The translations under genes and the position numbers were made by a program. The notes under the pieces were generated by a model that did no database searches, was not told where the DNA came from, and saw nothing but the letters and a program-made list of their open reading frames with translations. A stretch of DNA of 62,296 nt, filler included, from Sluysia triapertura (Eukaryota): the NCBI GenBank assembly GCA_046118255.1. It is 5 parts of 5 records of this genome, joined end to end, with 100 filler letters (N's around TTAATTAATTAA, not from the genome) between each part and the next. Parts side by side here need not be neighbours in the genome. Positions count along the whole stretch, not along the records: positions 1 to 16,385 come from JBJNIA010205482.1; 4 more parts are not named here. The stretch is one strand, 5' to 3'. Of this stretch, positions 1 to 12,948 are shown piece by piece; position 1 is the first letter of the stretch; each line of letters begins with the position of its first letter.

Positions 1-450
1 ATACCTCAATTGACTTCACATTATTCAATAAAACATATTGCCTTCTTTCTTTTAAATATGATTCAAACCATTTTATTCCACTAAGTGAGAGACACATTCT
101 ATGAAAATCTATCTCGAGTAGATACAAAAGCACGTTTTTCTTTAACTTTTTCGTTAAAGAAATCACTGGATAACGCTTTCCAATTTATCCTACCGAGCAA
201 TTTTACTTTTCATCCAAAGAATTTGTCGTATTTGATTTAGACGAGCATCATATTATTGACTTGTATTATTTTCTCGTTATTGAAAAGGTGATAGTTGAAG
301 TTTTAGCTGTTTTGTGACTGAATTCTAGCGATGAGTAATGTTTATTGATTTTGTTTGAATAAAATTTTAAATTAAAAGGTTGAACTACCATTCCTTGTAG
401 TACCACTGAGAGTTCTAAATTCACCATACTTCGTATATTTTGTATCAACA
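1..450 (-). mobile_element. Degraded LINE reverse transcriptase fragments
   Basis: GIKWFESYLKERRQYVLLNNVKS (within the first ~80 nt) is a typical L2/CR1 RT motif; VVLQGMVVQP resembles GVPQGSVLGP. Confidence 0.6.
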
Positions 451-679
451 TCTTTCTGTATAAACATCGTTGTCCTTGTACTTGTTATAGTGGTGTTCAG
501 TAGCAGATTAGAGTAACAGGTTTTGCATTTAATTTGACATCTCTCATTATCTGGTGTCGAATTGCGACTGTAACTGTGGATCCATTTTGAAAAGACCCTC
601 TTGATATCAGCATAAAAATGTTTTCGTTTTAGGCCCCTCAAAATAGTAGTAAGATTTTTTATGCATATAAAACGAAAGT

Positions 680-1195
680 CAATTTTAAAAAAAACTTTAT
701 TCGAATCCACTATTGGTTGCCAGGGTTGGCATAACTTAAATAAAATCAATAAACGTTGACGCCCATATTAACAGAACTGAAAAAATAACAAATAAAATAA
801 ACAAAATGCAAACCCCTTTTAGATCCCCCTAACATTTTATTTTAGCTGATTTCTAAAAAATAAGCTCCAGTTTCACTGTTTTCCACAAATGAATTGAGAT
901 AGCATTCCTAAAGCTAAGAAGTCTTAAATTTGTTCTGCTTTTTGTACTGATTTTTTCTGCAAAAACGTGACTGCTTATATAGCAGTTTGACAATAATTTG
1001 GGGGTTTAAAAATGGAAATTGGACATGACGGAAATTAAAACTGTTCATTCATTAAGCCGACAAATTTTAATGAATACATTCCAGTATTAATTTCCGTGTG
1101 TGTGTCCAATTTCATTATCATCTTAATTATCTAAAGATAATGGGATTTGTGGAAAACAATCCACTTATCTTTTCAACATCATTAAATTAAAATGT
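680..1195 (-). pseudogene. Second decayed paralog of the ankyrin-gene C-terminal domain; inverted homolog of 5745-6250
   Basis: Clear nucleotide similarity to the reverse complement of 5745-6250; peptides KISGLFST, HVFAE, SFRNAISIHLW, LKGVCIL (vs IKGICNL). Confidence 0.6.
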
Positions 1196-1228
1196 ACATT
1201 AATTGTATGATTCAAATTAGCAAATTTG

Positions 1229-3770
1229 TGCAATTGAGAGGCAGAAAATTAAAAATTTTGAAATTTATACTTTTTATGGGTGTGTTATTTATATTGTATG
1301 TGGCGTTGTTTGAATGTGTCTTCGTCGTTGATTATCTCTTTGAAATCACAGATTTGATGGCAGAAAAGTAAAAAATGAGTTTTGCCTTTTTTCATAAAAA
1401 GTTGTATTAACAATGAAAACCAATTATTAATTAAAGAGTTATGTATTATGAATGTTGGTGGTATGATAACATGTACGTATCACCAATTAAGTGGAATGAG
1501 TTGAACGAAAAGGATAAATGAACAAACATAAATTTAATGAAACATGTACATCAATCATTGTAAGAATTTGTGATAATTGTGATGTGTTGAATTTGCAAAT
1601 GATTTAAAATGAATGGTTGTGGGTGTTTTTATGTCTTACCGTAATAGATTTATAAATTATGAAGTGAACCGCCACTGTACGTCATATATTAGGATAGTGC
1701 AATAAAATAAAATATGGAATAAACTGTGCGGATATGATGATTCTCAACTATTCAAGAGCCACAAGAAAGGGATGGAGAAAGCTTTATAATATTATCTTAT
1801 AATTATGAATTTAAATATTTTGTGTGTTTATTTACAATGGAAATATTCAGTCGATCAAGCAAAATTCGAATAATCATAATCTAATAAAGCTAAGTTGCTT
1901 AGATAAAGTGGTTTTACTTATCTCTGGAGGACAAACAAAGTGAATAATGAGCTTAAATTAAAATTTCGATTAAATAAATAAATTTTATTGACTATAACAA
2001 ATACACAACTTTGCTAATAATTTGAAAAAGAACAAAAAAATATTGTTTCACACGCAAGCATGATATTATGTCCGTGAAAATGAGGTACAGATGTTCGAAA
2101 TGAGTAGAATTTATTTTTGCATCATTAAATTTCAACTTTTTATGAAAGGAAAATATCGTTTAATCTAAATTTGTTTATAAAATTTTAATTTAGTAATTTA
2201 TTCAAATTGGAAATATTTTTGTGCAGTAGAACTTTAGAGAGCGTGTCAGAAGAGAACTCAGTCATATTCACAACGAACTCGTTTGCTGATTCCTTTTTCT
2301 ACTCCAAATACTCAAATGCTTAACAAGGTTTAAGATTACCTAAAGGTTCATAAGTCAAAGGCTGCTTCGATTCTTCCAAACCCATTTCCAGCTTCCGCAA
2401 GGTCTAAACACCTTATAAAGGTCTTTAGAACGGCAAGGTATTTCTCAGTTATCTAAATTTTCATGATTCTTAATCCAACAATATTTACAATGTTCTATCA
2501 CTTCGTATCAATTTTTCCTTCATTTTGTAGTTCTCTATGTTTCTCCTTAATCTTCTGGTCCACATTTGGGCAATCCCAAGAGAAGGATAATAATTTTAAA
2601 TTGTTATTAAAATTTGATATACAACTGTGAGTAAAGAAAAAATTAATTTAACGATTCAATAAAACACCAAATAATATAAAAATAAATTAATTTTTTCATA
2701 TTCATAGCGTTTTAAATACCAAAAGTGTTGTCTGTATCATTCTTACGTAAATAATGTTACTTAAATTTTAAATACTGCATCAAAAGTTATAAATTTATTC
2801 TGCAAAAAGAGAATCTTTTCATTGTTTTATAAAGATCAGATATTTGGTTCATCAATTTCCAAAATTTGTTTTAGTTGAATTCCAAACTACTGATACAATT
2901 AACAGAATTATCAAAAATAATGCATCAATTTTGCATGTAGTAATGCTGAATAAATTAGTCTGAGTAGAAATGCGGACTGTCGGAAAACCTATACACTAAA
3001 TTTTGAAAATATTCACACAATCCACATAATCATACGTGGAATCAATTATTAGAAAAATCTTAAGAATATGAGAAATGTCTTAAAAATCAGAATTATTAGA
3101 AATACGTATTACACATTCGATAATAAATTAACTTTTGTTTGAATTTGTACTTGAACAGCATTTCGATTTAATGAAAAAATGTACCATTAGATATTAAATA
3201 TGTAAGTGGTTGGGTATGATACGATATTGTGCTTGATAATGAAATACAATGAAAGAATATCGACAAATTAAATTGCAAATAAAATAAAATTTTTTATTAT
3301 AATTTAATTAGTTCTGTTAATATTTATCTATATGAAAATGAGTTTAAATGTGTGTATCCACTCGATAGAATTCCATCATATTTCGTGAAGACGGTTGTAC
3401 TATAAACACGACTATGAGTAATTTAGATGTTGAATAGTGGATCAATTCTACTAATCACATTCAATTGTACAATTGGAGAGGAAAAAAATTAAAAATATAC
3501 TTTTTATGGGTGTGTTATTTATATTTTATGTGAAGTTTTCGTTGTTGATTATCTCTTTGAAATAACAGATTTGATGGCAGAAAAGTAAAAAATAAGTTTT
3601 GCCTTTTTTCCTAAAAAAGTTGTATTAACAATGAAAACCAATTATTAATTAAAGAGTTATGTATTATGAATGTTGGTGGTATGATAACATGTACGTATCA
3701 CCAATTAAGTGGAATGAGTTGAACGAAAAGGATAAATGAACAAACATAAATTTAATGAAACATACATCAA
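1229..3770 (+). repeat. Direct duplication of ~300 bp (1229-1555 and 3468-3770)
   Basis: Near-identical text from tactttttatgggtgtgtt to atttaatgaaacat in both places. Confidence 0.9.
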
Positions 3771-4589
3771 TTGTGGTGGTACGAAGAAAATTAACATGTT
3801 GTAGAGTGCACGTACTACAAGAAATCAAATTCAAATAAATTATTAAACAGAAATTATTTTGTAAATCGGTTTTGAAAAGTATATTCATAAAAAATAGTTA
3901 TTACCAGTGTTTAGAAGAATCTTGATTATTGTCAAATAATATTGCATGCATTATCTTTCGTCGTGACAATAATTGTACGTATCTAAAATACATTACTTTT
4001 CACAAAAATTTTCTTTATAATTTTTATAAGTGTTATGTTATTAAATATTTTTCCATAATTCGTGTTTGTCTTTTTACTACAATGGGTTTCAATTTTTATT
4101 AAAATATTTACTACTAAAGTTTATTGGTCATATGTTGTGATTCAAAGCTAAACTTATAATTTTATTAATACAAGTTATTAATTCAAAATAACTTCATTTA
4201 AATCATTTACGCTTCTTTCAACTTTTCATTCTACACCTTCTATACTCTTCCGTACTCTTCTGCACGTTACAACATTGTGATGTATTCTTGTTAGTACTAT
4301 CTATTGTAGCGCTGTTATAATATCAGATTTCTTTAAAGTCGACATGAAATTATTATAGCACACCACTTTTATGTAATTCATTTAATAATTACAATTTTTA
4401 CTAATTTTAATATATCAAATTTTGGTATATTAATATCTGCTATAGAGTACTCATAAACTATTAATATAAATTATCTAACCATATTTTTAAATTAGAAAGA
4501 ACTTTGTCTTTTTATTAAATATTAAATTCTTTTATAATAATAACAATAAATATTGTATCAATAATAGTAGTAGCAACATAACGACGTTA

Positions 4590-4775
4590 GTTGTTACTTG
4601 CATTATTAATTTATTGTCATCATCATCATCATAATCATCTTCAGCAACATCATCCTTATAATAATAATAATCATCATCATCATCATCACCATCGTCATCA
4701 TCACCATTGTCATCATCATCATTGTCATTCAAAATGTCATCACTATCGTTGTTACCATAATCGTGATCATCATTA
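4590..4775. repeat. (ATC)n/(ATA)n imperfect microsatellite
   Basis: Direct reading; explains the poly-D and poly-H ORFs. Confidence 0.95.
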
Positions 4776-5079
4776 CAATAGTTGTCAATTCAAATTTCAT
4801 TGGTAACACACAATTAAAATTTCCCAATAAATTTTTACAAATACGTTACATGGTTTTCTGAAAACATTTTAAAATATTATGAACTATTTTTTAATTGTAC
4901 ATTATCAAAGAAATTTAAAGAATAAAAGATTCCGTGGTAACGAACCGAATAATTTATTTTAATACAAAATTTGATCGAATCAGTTTGTTCTCAACAAGAC
5001 ACTCAACGCATAATAAAGGTGAATCTAATAAAAAGATTCTTCTACTCTAGTCGACTCTGACCATCTGCTAATTCAAAAT

Positions 5080-6396
5080 GTTTGAAGGAAATTGAAATGA
5101 CATTAAAAACTGGTTAGAAAAGAAGAAACCATTTAATTATATTTATTGGGATTAGTGAAGGATAAGGGCAAACATAAGGTTAAGACTCATAATAACAAAA
5201 TAAAATAAAGAGCATTGAAGAATTAAGAAAAGGTATTATGATGAATTGTAATAATAAAATAAGCACATAAGATACTTGAATCAAAGCAAAATAATGAGAA
5301 ATAAGAAATAACCATTTACAAGGTTTTATTTGTTAAAGTATTAAAGTACATTAGTTAATTAATTTAATTAAAATTTGTTTAATCTAATAACTTAATAAAA
5401 ATGTTTGTTCATGATATAATGATAATAAATTTAGTGTATAATTATAAATTTTATTATTATTTTTAATGATGAAGTATTACGAAGTACATCAACGTACATA
5501 ACGTAAAAATTAGTTATTTTAATTAGTTTTTATAATTTAAAATTAAAGTTCAATATGTTCCGATGTTTAAGTATTAATAAAATATATATAAATTGATGTT
5601 TATAAAGATATTAATCCAAATATGTTATTTAACTTGACCACAACGTATTCCTATAGAAAAATAAATTTATTATTATAATTTTATCCTCAATTTAAGTTAA
5701 TAAATTGCGTTATTTATAGAATTGCTATATAATAATGATACAAATTTTAATTTAATGACGTTGAAAAGATAAGGGGAAAGGTTTACCACAAATCCAATTA
5801 TTTTTAGATAATTAAAAAGATAATGAAATTGGACACGGGAGGAAATTGCTGTCGAAAGTCTATCAATAAAATTGGTCGGCTTATCACCGATTACAAAGAA
5901 TATGCAGTTTCAATTTCTCATATGATCGTAAAATTGCTATAAGATGTCATATTTTTGCAGAAAATCAGACACAATGTAACAAAACGAGAATAAGAAACCG
6001 AAAACTTTTCAGCTTTAGAGACTCTATCTCAATTCACCTGTGGATAGCGTTGCAATTGAAGAGCATTCTTTATCAATCAACTAAAATAAGCATTTTAGGG
6101 CGTATAACCAGTTTTTTATTCATTATATTTTAGTTAATACGGGCGTCGAGATTTATCTGAGATAAGTTGTGTCAACCCTGGTAGTAATTTGTTGATATTG
6201 AAAGATTTATAATTTTGAAGTTTATAATCGAAAACGATTTATTAATAAAGAATTATTTGTATTATTATAAAGAATTTTGTTGTGTAATTGTGATTAATTA
6301 AAGAATACATCGAGATTCTGAATTTCTTTAGTTAATGGGTTTTAATTTGTTAATTTAAAAATAAGTATTAAAAGACACAACATATTTCATTGATAA
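5080..6396 (+). pseudogene. Heavily decayed paralog of the C-terminal half of the 28896-30769 ankyrin gene
   Basis: Collinear matches (this copy vs 28.9-30.8 kb): MMKYYEVH vs MMKYSDVH, HIFAE vs KMFAE, LQLKSILY vs VHIESIVY, LVNTGVEIY vs LIKTSADIH, terminal RHNIF vs QHNIF (shared cacaacatatt). Confidence 0.6.
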
Positions 6397-7075
6397 ATGC
6401 ATGAATTTACTCTGGATGCCGTAAAATTATTTGATAATTATAATTCTGAAGTTATTAGAGAATCTGTTCTTCCAATTCGCAATTTGTTAAATAGTTCATG
6501 TTTTTGCCGAATCATTTACAAAAGAAATTCGATGGAATTGTTTATATTATTTGTCAGATTGTAACCGTAATTAAACAGCTACATGTACATCGTAATCAAC
6601 ATGGTGCACGTTATTTGCACAACATTTTCATCGATGCACAATGCCGAATTCATTTACACCTTTCGGACTCCGATGTCTATTCGAATACTGTTTGAAAACC
6701 GCGTCGACCAAACTAAATACGCTATTGTAATTGAAGGAAGTATTAAACAATGTTTAACAACAGTGGCATGCCGAGGTGGTGTCCCCAAACACCACTCCCA
6801 ATGGTCAAAGGCACTATATATTATATTAGATCTATCCAAGTGGGTATTTATTTCTTTTTTTATTTTTCCAGAAGCAATTTTGTGTCCTTATGCCGCTGCG
6901 CCCGAGGCACTTGTCACTCTCTGCCCCCTTTGTTCAGCCACTGAGTGGTCGAAAAAATAGCAGAAATAAAGTCAAGCCAACTGGAGATCTTTTGAAATTT
7001 CAGAAGTACATTTCAAAATTGATATCAATTGATAAACAATATCCACCCTTTCACACATACACAAATGGCTTCTAG
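6397..7075 (+). pseudogene. Kinase-fold fragment resembling the WDR81 N-terminal pseudokinase region, interrupted by a MITE
   Basis: FLPNHLQKKFDGIVYIICQIVTVIKQLHVHRNQHGARYLHNIFIDAQCRIHLHL aligns with the kinase subdomain VIa-VIb pattern and with recalled WDR81 FSPAKL...VLFIL...CH...GALSLYHIAVD...LRL. Confidence 0.45.
6761..6943. mobile_element. hAT-type MITE (183 bp)
   Basis: Terminal inverted repeats CAGTGGC / GCCACTG with GC-rich subterminal blocks in AT-rich context; no clear 8-bp TSD. Confidence 0.7.
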
Positions 7076-7924
7076 ATATTAATTACCAAATACGCTATTT
7101 TAATGAGCATCTTGACAATATCAAACAGAGCAACAATAAGCAATATTGAAATTTGTCAGTAAATTTATGAGACTGAAATTATCAAGGCATAATTTGATTA
7201 TCATTTGGGCGAGGGCTAGGGCTAGGATTAGGACGCGCAGTCATCATTTATCCAATGACAAATGAGTGGAATGTACACAATGAAACACAACTTGTAAACT
7301 GCAGACACACTATTGAAAATTGATGTATGTGTGTGATGCATTGTGATAAAAAATTTGGACTATACATTTACTGATCTGCAGTGACAGGGAGTTAAATAAA
7401 TATTTATTCAGCATTTAATATAATATTATTGTTTGCATTGTATCAATGTGTTATGAAAATTACTGTGGTAANNNNNNNNNNNNNNNNNNNNNNNNNNNNN
7501 NNNNNNNNNNNNNNNNNNNNNNNNNNNNNNNNNNNNNNNNNNNNNNNNNNNNNNNNNNNNNNNNNNNNNNNNNNNNNNNNNNNNNNNNNNNNNNNNNNNN
7601 NNNNNNNNNNNNNNNNNNNNNNNNNNNNNNNNNNNNNNNNNNNNNNNNNNNNNNNNNNNNNNNNNNNNNNNNNNNNNNNNNNNNNNNNNNNNNNNNAATA
7701 AATCATAATATGTCTTAGTAATCTCAAAATATCCTAAAATGAAAAATAAATGAAAGACACTTAATTATCACATCAAGGCGATTAAGAATGAAATGACAGA
7801 GGAGTAAGTAAGAACTAAAAACATAACTTCATTATATAAATGAATAAAGCTGATATAGAGCCAACAAATATTATAGCATAAAATTAAATAATATATAGAC
7901 GAAATTGGTAACGTAATAATAATA

Positions 7925-8340
7925 TGTTAATTTATATTGCGCTCATATCTACTACAAACTAAATAAATCATTTACTATAATATTTCTGAAACAGAAAGAA
8001 CTTTGCCTTTTTATTAAATATTTAATAATCTTCCAGTAATTTGACATTCTCTGGTAAATGGTTGTATATTTTTGGAAACATAAACGCTATACAACCTATG
8101 ATTTAGCTTATTATCACTAGGGATTCTGTATAAGATTATTATGTCTCAATGAAATATTTATCTTGGTTTCCAATTTTTGTATTATTTCTAAAAGATATTC
8201 AGTACTTCTGTAATGTAAGCATTTGTAAATTATTGTCATCATTTTGAATTATATTCTTGCTTTTATTGGAAACCAATGTATTTCCTTAAGATAAGGTGTT
8301 ACATGAGATCTTCTAACATGGTTAGACTAAGAATAATTAA
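7925..8340 (-). mobile_element. L2/CR1-clade LINE 3' end
   Basis: SHVTPYLKEIHWFPIKARI*FKMMTIIYKCLH is the L2 ORF2 C-terminal HWLP motif; same 3' UTR as 18590-18970. Confidence 0.85.
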
Positions 8341-8845
8341 TATAGAATGAATCTAACAACAGAGTAGAGAAAATAATATGAATATTGAAAGTTCTATCTA
8401 ATTTTGTCCGCTATTCAATCAGATAATGATATAAGTCTTTTTATTGATGAATATCAACATCCAATCAAATTAACTGGATTCATCGTTAGTTGAATGTACT
8501 TACGAAAGGAATGGAATATGTTTTAGTGATAAAATCCATTTGATATTATTGCATAATTGTATCTGAATTTTGATAAAAGTTGTCTGATATAAAATATAAA
8601 ATATAAAAATTATGCCAATCCAATATTACTATGCTTTGCAAACATAAATTGATTATTAGAATTGGATAAAATTAATTATTTGAATAATAAAATGAAATTA
8701 AAAATGACTCTTATGTAAAGACTTTTCTAAAAAAGCACATATCAGAAGAGATGTCTTCCTTATTTTCTTTTAGAAACAAAAGATTGCAAATTAAATTTTG
8801 TGGTAATCTTTGAAATTAAAAAAAGATATTTCTGTAGAAAACGTG

Positions 8846-9087
8846 AGGGGCGGACTAAGGCCTAGGCAACCTAGGCAAGTGCCTAGGGCCCGTAATTTTT
8901 GGAGCCCGAAAATTAGGTTTTTACTATAAATATATTTTTTTTCCTTTTTTTATTGTAATCCGATAATTAAATAGAACTATATACTATATGCTTTAAAACC
9001 AAACTACCAAACGCAAAGTATGTGTCTTGACAGAAAAACTAGGCCCGGAATTACAATGTTGCCCGCTATAGCCTTAGTCCACCACTG
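8846..9087. mobile_element. hAT-type MITE (~242 bp)
   Basis: TIRs AGGGGCGGACTAAGGC / GCCTTAGTCCACCACTG; imperfect 8-bp TSD aaaacgtg / aacatgtg; cctaggc subterminal repeats. Confidence 0.8.
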
Positions 9088-11449
9088 AACATGTGCTGAT
9101 TTTCTTAAAGAAATTAACAATGAAATGAACTGTTTCAGTAAACTCGAAAAGATGATGAAAAGAAATGGTTTTTCAAATTAAAAATAATTAAGATGAAGAT
9201 GTTGCAAATAAAGATTTAGTAGCTTATTTAGAATTTGGATGCAACAGATTTGTTATAACTTGTAAAACTTCTTTTTAATTATTTTTTATAATTTATTATT
9301 TATATAACATTATTTCCACAGTTGAAAATAGTTTTATATAGTGCTGCATTCAATAGCCTTAAAAGAGTAACAAAAATGTATCTTTCGTCGTCATATTAAT
9401 CATTGTGCGTTTTGAATTATGCTTACATTAAAAGAGTTATATTAATATATGTTTAATTTTCTTTTCGTTTTTATAAATTTTAATTTTTATCGAATATATA
9501 CTAAAGAAATTTGTAATTAATACATATTAATCAAAATTTAATACAATATCATTATAAAAATAAGTTTTTTTTTAAAATCAGTCTTTAATAATAATATTAT
9601 ATTTACAAAAATAAGTAGCACATTATTAATAAAACTAATATTTAATATTTGGAAAGTTTATTTTGAGTAATTTTAAAAAATAATTTCCAAACGTGAAAAT
9701 GGACTCATATATATTGGTTTTTATTGGATTCAACCTACGATATACTTCGCGTGCAAAGAAGTGAGTATTTATTATTAACATTATGCAAGTGTTTTCTCAA
9801 AATTAACTGCAAAATATCTAAGGGTTAGTCCGCCTAATATCCTCGATTTATACCAATTCTGGCGACATTATTAATATTAAACTTAATATTATTAATAAAC
9901 TTAATATTAAAACTTAATCTATACTGTATTAGTTACTTAGCGATTCAAAAAACTGTATATTAGTTACTTTAAATTACGTTATATTTATGTTCCACTAGCC
10001 TTCTTAAAGTCTAGTTCAGAAAAAATTATAAATAACACTAGCCTTTTTAAGGTCTAGTATAAAATCAATTTGTGAATTTAAAAATTTCACTAGATGTCTT
10101 GTTAAAAAAATTAATTTACTTTTTAAAATTTATTAAAAGAAATCCACTCTTAACTTATATTTTTAAAAATAAAATGCTTATAACTATTGCTGATATCAAA
10201 AACATTTATTACAACTTTAAAATAATGTTAAAATAATAATATAATTTTAATGTTTCACTCAACTGTGTTGGTGAATATTAAATTTAAAGCGTTATTATGC
10301 TAGTCGTCTTAATGTCTAGCATTAAAAATAATTAAATACTTTACGTGTGATTTTGGTATTCCTATTAAAATGAATACTTTAAACTTAATAATAAAAATTA
10401 CTTTTTAGACATGGAAATTAAGCTGTGACTAAAAATAATCTTCTTTAAAATTTCTTATTGCGACTTTATTTAAGTTTACCTAAATTTTGCTTCTGATATT
10501 TTTCTAAAAATTTAATTCTATTTATACTAAATTAACTTACCTGAATTTTTTAAATTGATTAACTTAAACAACACTTATAGAAATAAAGAACATAATTAAA
10601 ATTTGTTTTGAAAATTTATTATTATATTAAAATTAAAAATATGAATTAATATTTTATTAAAATGTATTTTAGTTTTCTATATAATAAAAATAACTATTTT
10701 AATAAAATAAGATACACAAAATTTTACAAGCATATCAAAATAATCAAAATAAAATATACATTATGACATCAATTTCGCCTCAACAATTTATATTGTAATT
10801 ACTATACTATTTGTAGAACAAAATAGCCACAGAAATTAAGTAAATGTTATACCTTTTATTTAATTATATTTTTTAGAATATCTGAAAATAGCAAGAGTGC
10901 GGACGATAGTGACAACAACAGAAAAAACATAATGATAGTACCATTAAAGCCGCCGATGAGAATGTAGTTGATAATAAATATAATTTATTACTAAACAATT
11001 TAAAGAAGAGACCTTTTGTCTCTCAAAATATCCATTTAGTGAATAATTTAAATAATATTCATGAAATTATAACAAATAATTTAAGTAATTGTGGTGTTCC
11101 AGCTGTCTACAATAATTTTATTGCTACTCACATATATAAAATTATACAGAATTCATCTAAAAACATTCTACAAACCAACACCTCATTGTATCTAACATGA
11201 ATCATAAATCTCCAATTAAACCATTAATACTAAAATCATGATAACTTCTTGTTTTAATTTTAAAGCTAATTCTATCATTATCTCAATTATCGCCTTCATC
11301 AACACCATTATGAAGAATACTCTTAAAACTCTTCAGTCCACATTTTGTCATTTTTCTACACAACTTACTCACCAAATACAATGAATACAATGAATATTAT
11401 AGTTAGAAAACACTGTACTTGCGGCACACAGACAAAAAAAATTAAAAAT

Positions 11450-11720
11450 CTTATGACCATATTTGGTATTTTATTCATTATTTGACCCTTTTCTTGTAAA
11501 GGAGTATGTAATAATATTAAGTCACTTTTTTTAAATTCCACTTGATTTACTTTACTATCATAATGTTCTCTCCTTCATTATTTGTAAATAATTTTCTAAA
11601 TATTTTGATGTATCAGGTATCAAGGATAAATTCACAGGTAATCTACGTTGACGTGTTTATAATAATGATATTTTTCATAATTGTATTTTATTGTGTGGCA
11701 GCCGCTCTTATGCAAATATC
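11450..11720 (-). mobile_element. Gypsy integrase C-terminal fragment
   Basis: RLPVNLSL...HYDSKVNQVEFKKSDLILLHTP resembles the YYD..F..GDLVLL region preceding the GPY/F motif. Confidence 0.5.
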
Positions 11721-12948
11721 ATAAAGAAAGTTACTGATCAGAAATTATTCTCAAACAATTTTAATTAAATTAAGTAATAAATATATTTATAAATGTTTAT
11801 AAAACTTTGGAAAATATTGATACCTTTATTTCAAGGTGCAAGAATATTACAATCCTTTTTGTCTTTTGTCGACCACAACAACATAAATGAACATTTTATA
11901 TTTTATGAAAATCTTAGACACAAAACTGTCAATAATTATGCGGTGGTTCAGCCCACAACTACGTACACATCACATAAATCACAACAATCAATCACAAAAA
12001 TGCATTATAGCAAGTCTTATCCAATACCACATTATTCATCGTTACAAAATTACAGATGCCTAATAAAATTTGTTTTATTACACTTTAGATCAAAACATTA
12101 AACACAACACTCGTTGTCATCCTGTTATCATTATGACGCAACATATTTTTATTGTCTCGCAATTTTCAATTTTACACTTTTACAATTTATTATTGTATTG
12201 TTTATGTGCTGCAAATCAAGTTATTAAAATTTATAGGGCGATAATTCAGCTGGACAAATGTCACGTTAATGTCGTAGTGGAATATATTCGAAGTTTTTAT
12301 CTTGAGATTATTGAATTACAGAACATTAATAATTCTAAAGTTAATAATGTTAATAATGATTCTGTGTCAAAATAAAAGTACTTTATTTAAAAAAAATATT
12401 CATTCTTCCTAATTATGCGCCACCGCCTCCACCAAATCAGAAAAATCACATTCAATTCATGATGAATGATATAAGCCTTATTTAGTGATACATCATCAAT
12501 CAGCCAAATTGTCGATTTTAATATTATTATTAATAATTTTTAAGATTATTTATACAGTACTGAAACTATGCATATGCTGAATTTAATAGAAACTCCTCTA
12601 AGTGCTATTTTTTGTAATACTTTAATAGAATTATAATAAAACATAATTATTATTTATTTGTATTCGTTAAATTTATATTTCATTTTAATTTTATATTTTG
12701 GTGAAAGATGCTTTCTGTTTCAGATTAATATAATCAAATGTTTTTAAAAAAATTGAATGAGATTCATTTTGAATTTTTAGAAAATATTTTTATACAAATT
12801 TTGTAATTTCTGTTTTAGATTGTTATGCATTTTATTCGTTACAATAAATAAAAATTTATTTTAATGCATTGTTAAATGATTAAACTGTAAACAATTGGTT
12901 TCACTTTTTATTGGTGTCCTTTCTCTGATTTCAAAAGATAAACGAAAC

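Noticed and set aside
2220-2600. Missing PKA exon 9 candidate (GC-richer minus-strand block)
   Set aside because: No frame gives FPSHF/LLQVDLTKR/HKWF, and all frames have stops.
4133-4274. Solo LTR (TGTTGTGA...TTACAACA)
   Set aside because: No TSD and no second clear copy.
4532-4806. Poly-D and poly-H ORFs, and poly-I/poly-N ORFs at 22126, 23634, 25493 and 27717-28049
   Set aside because: Translations of trinucleotide microsatellites.
7207-7232. Telomere-like gggctagggctaggattagg
   Set aside because: Only 3-4 imperfect units, internal; probably part of a TE.
7429-7727. ORFs spanning N runs (also 23583-23996)
   Set aside because: Open only because of assembly gaps.
8430-8480. ISLFIDEYQHP Walker-B-like peptide
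   Set aside because: Isolated; no Walker A or other supporting motif.
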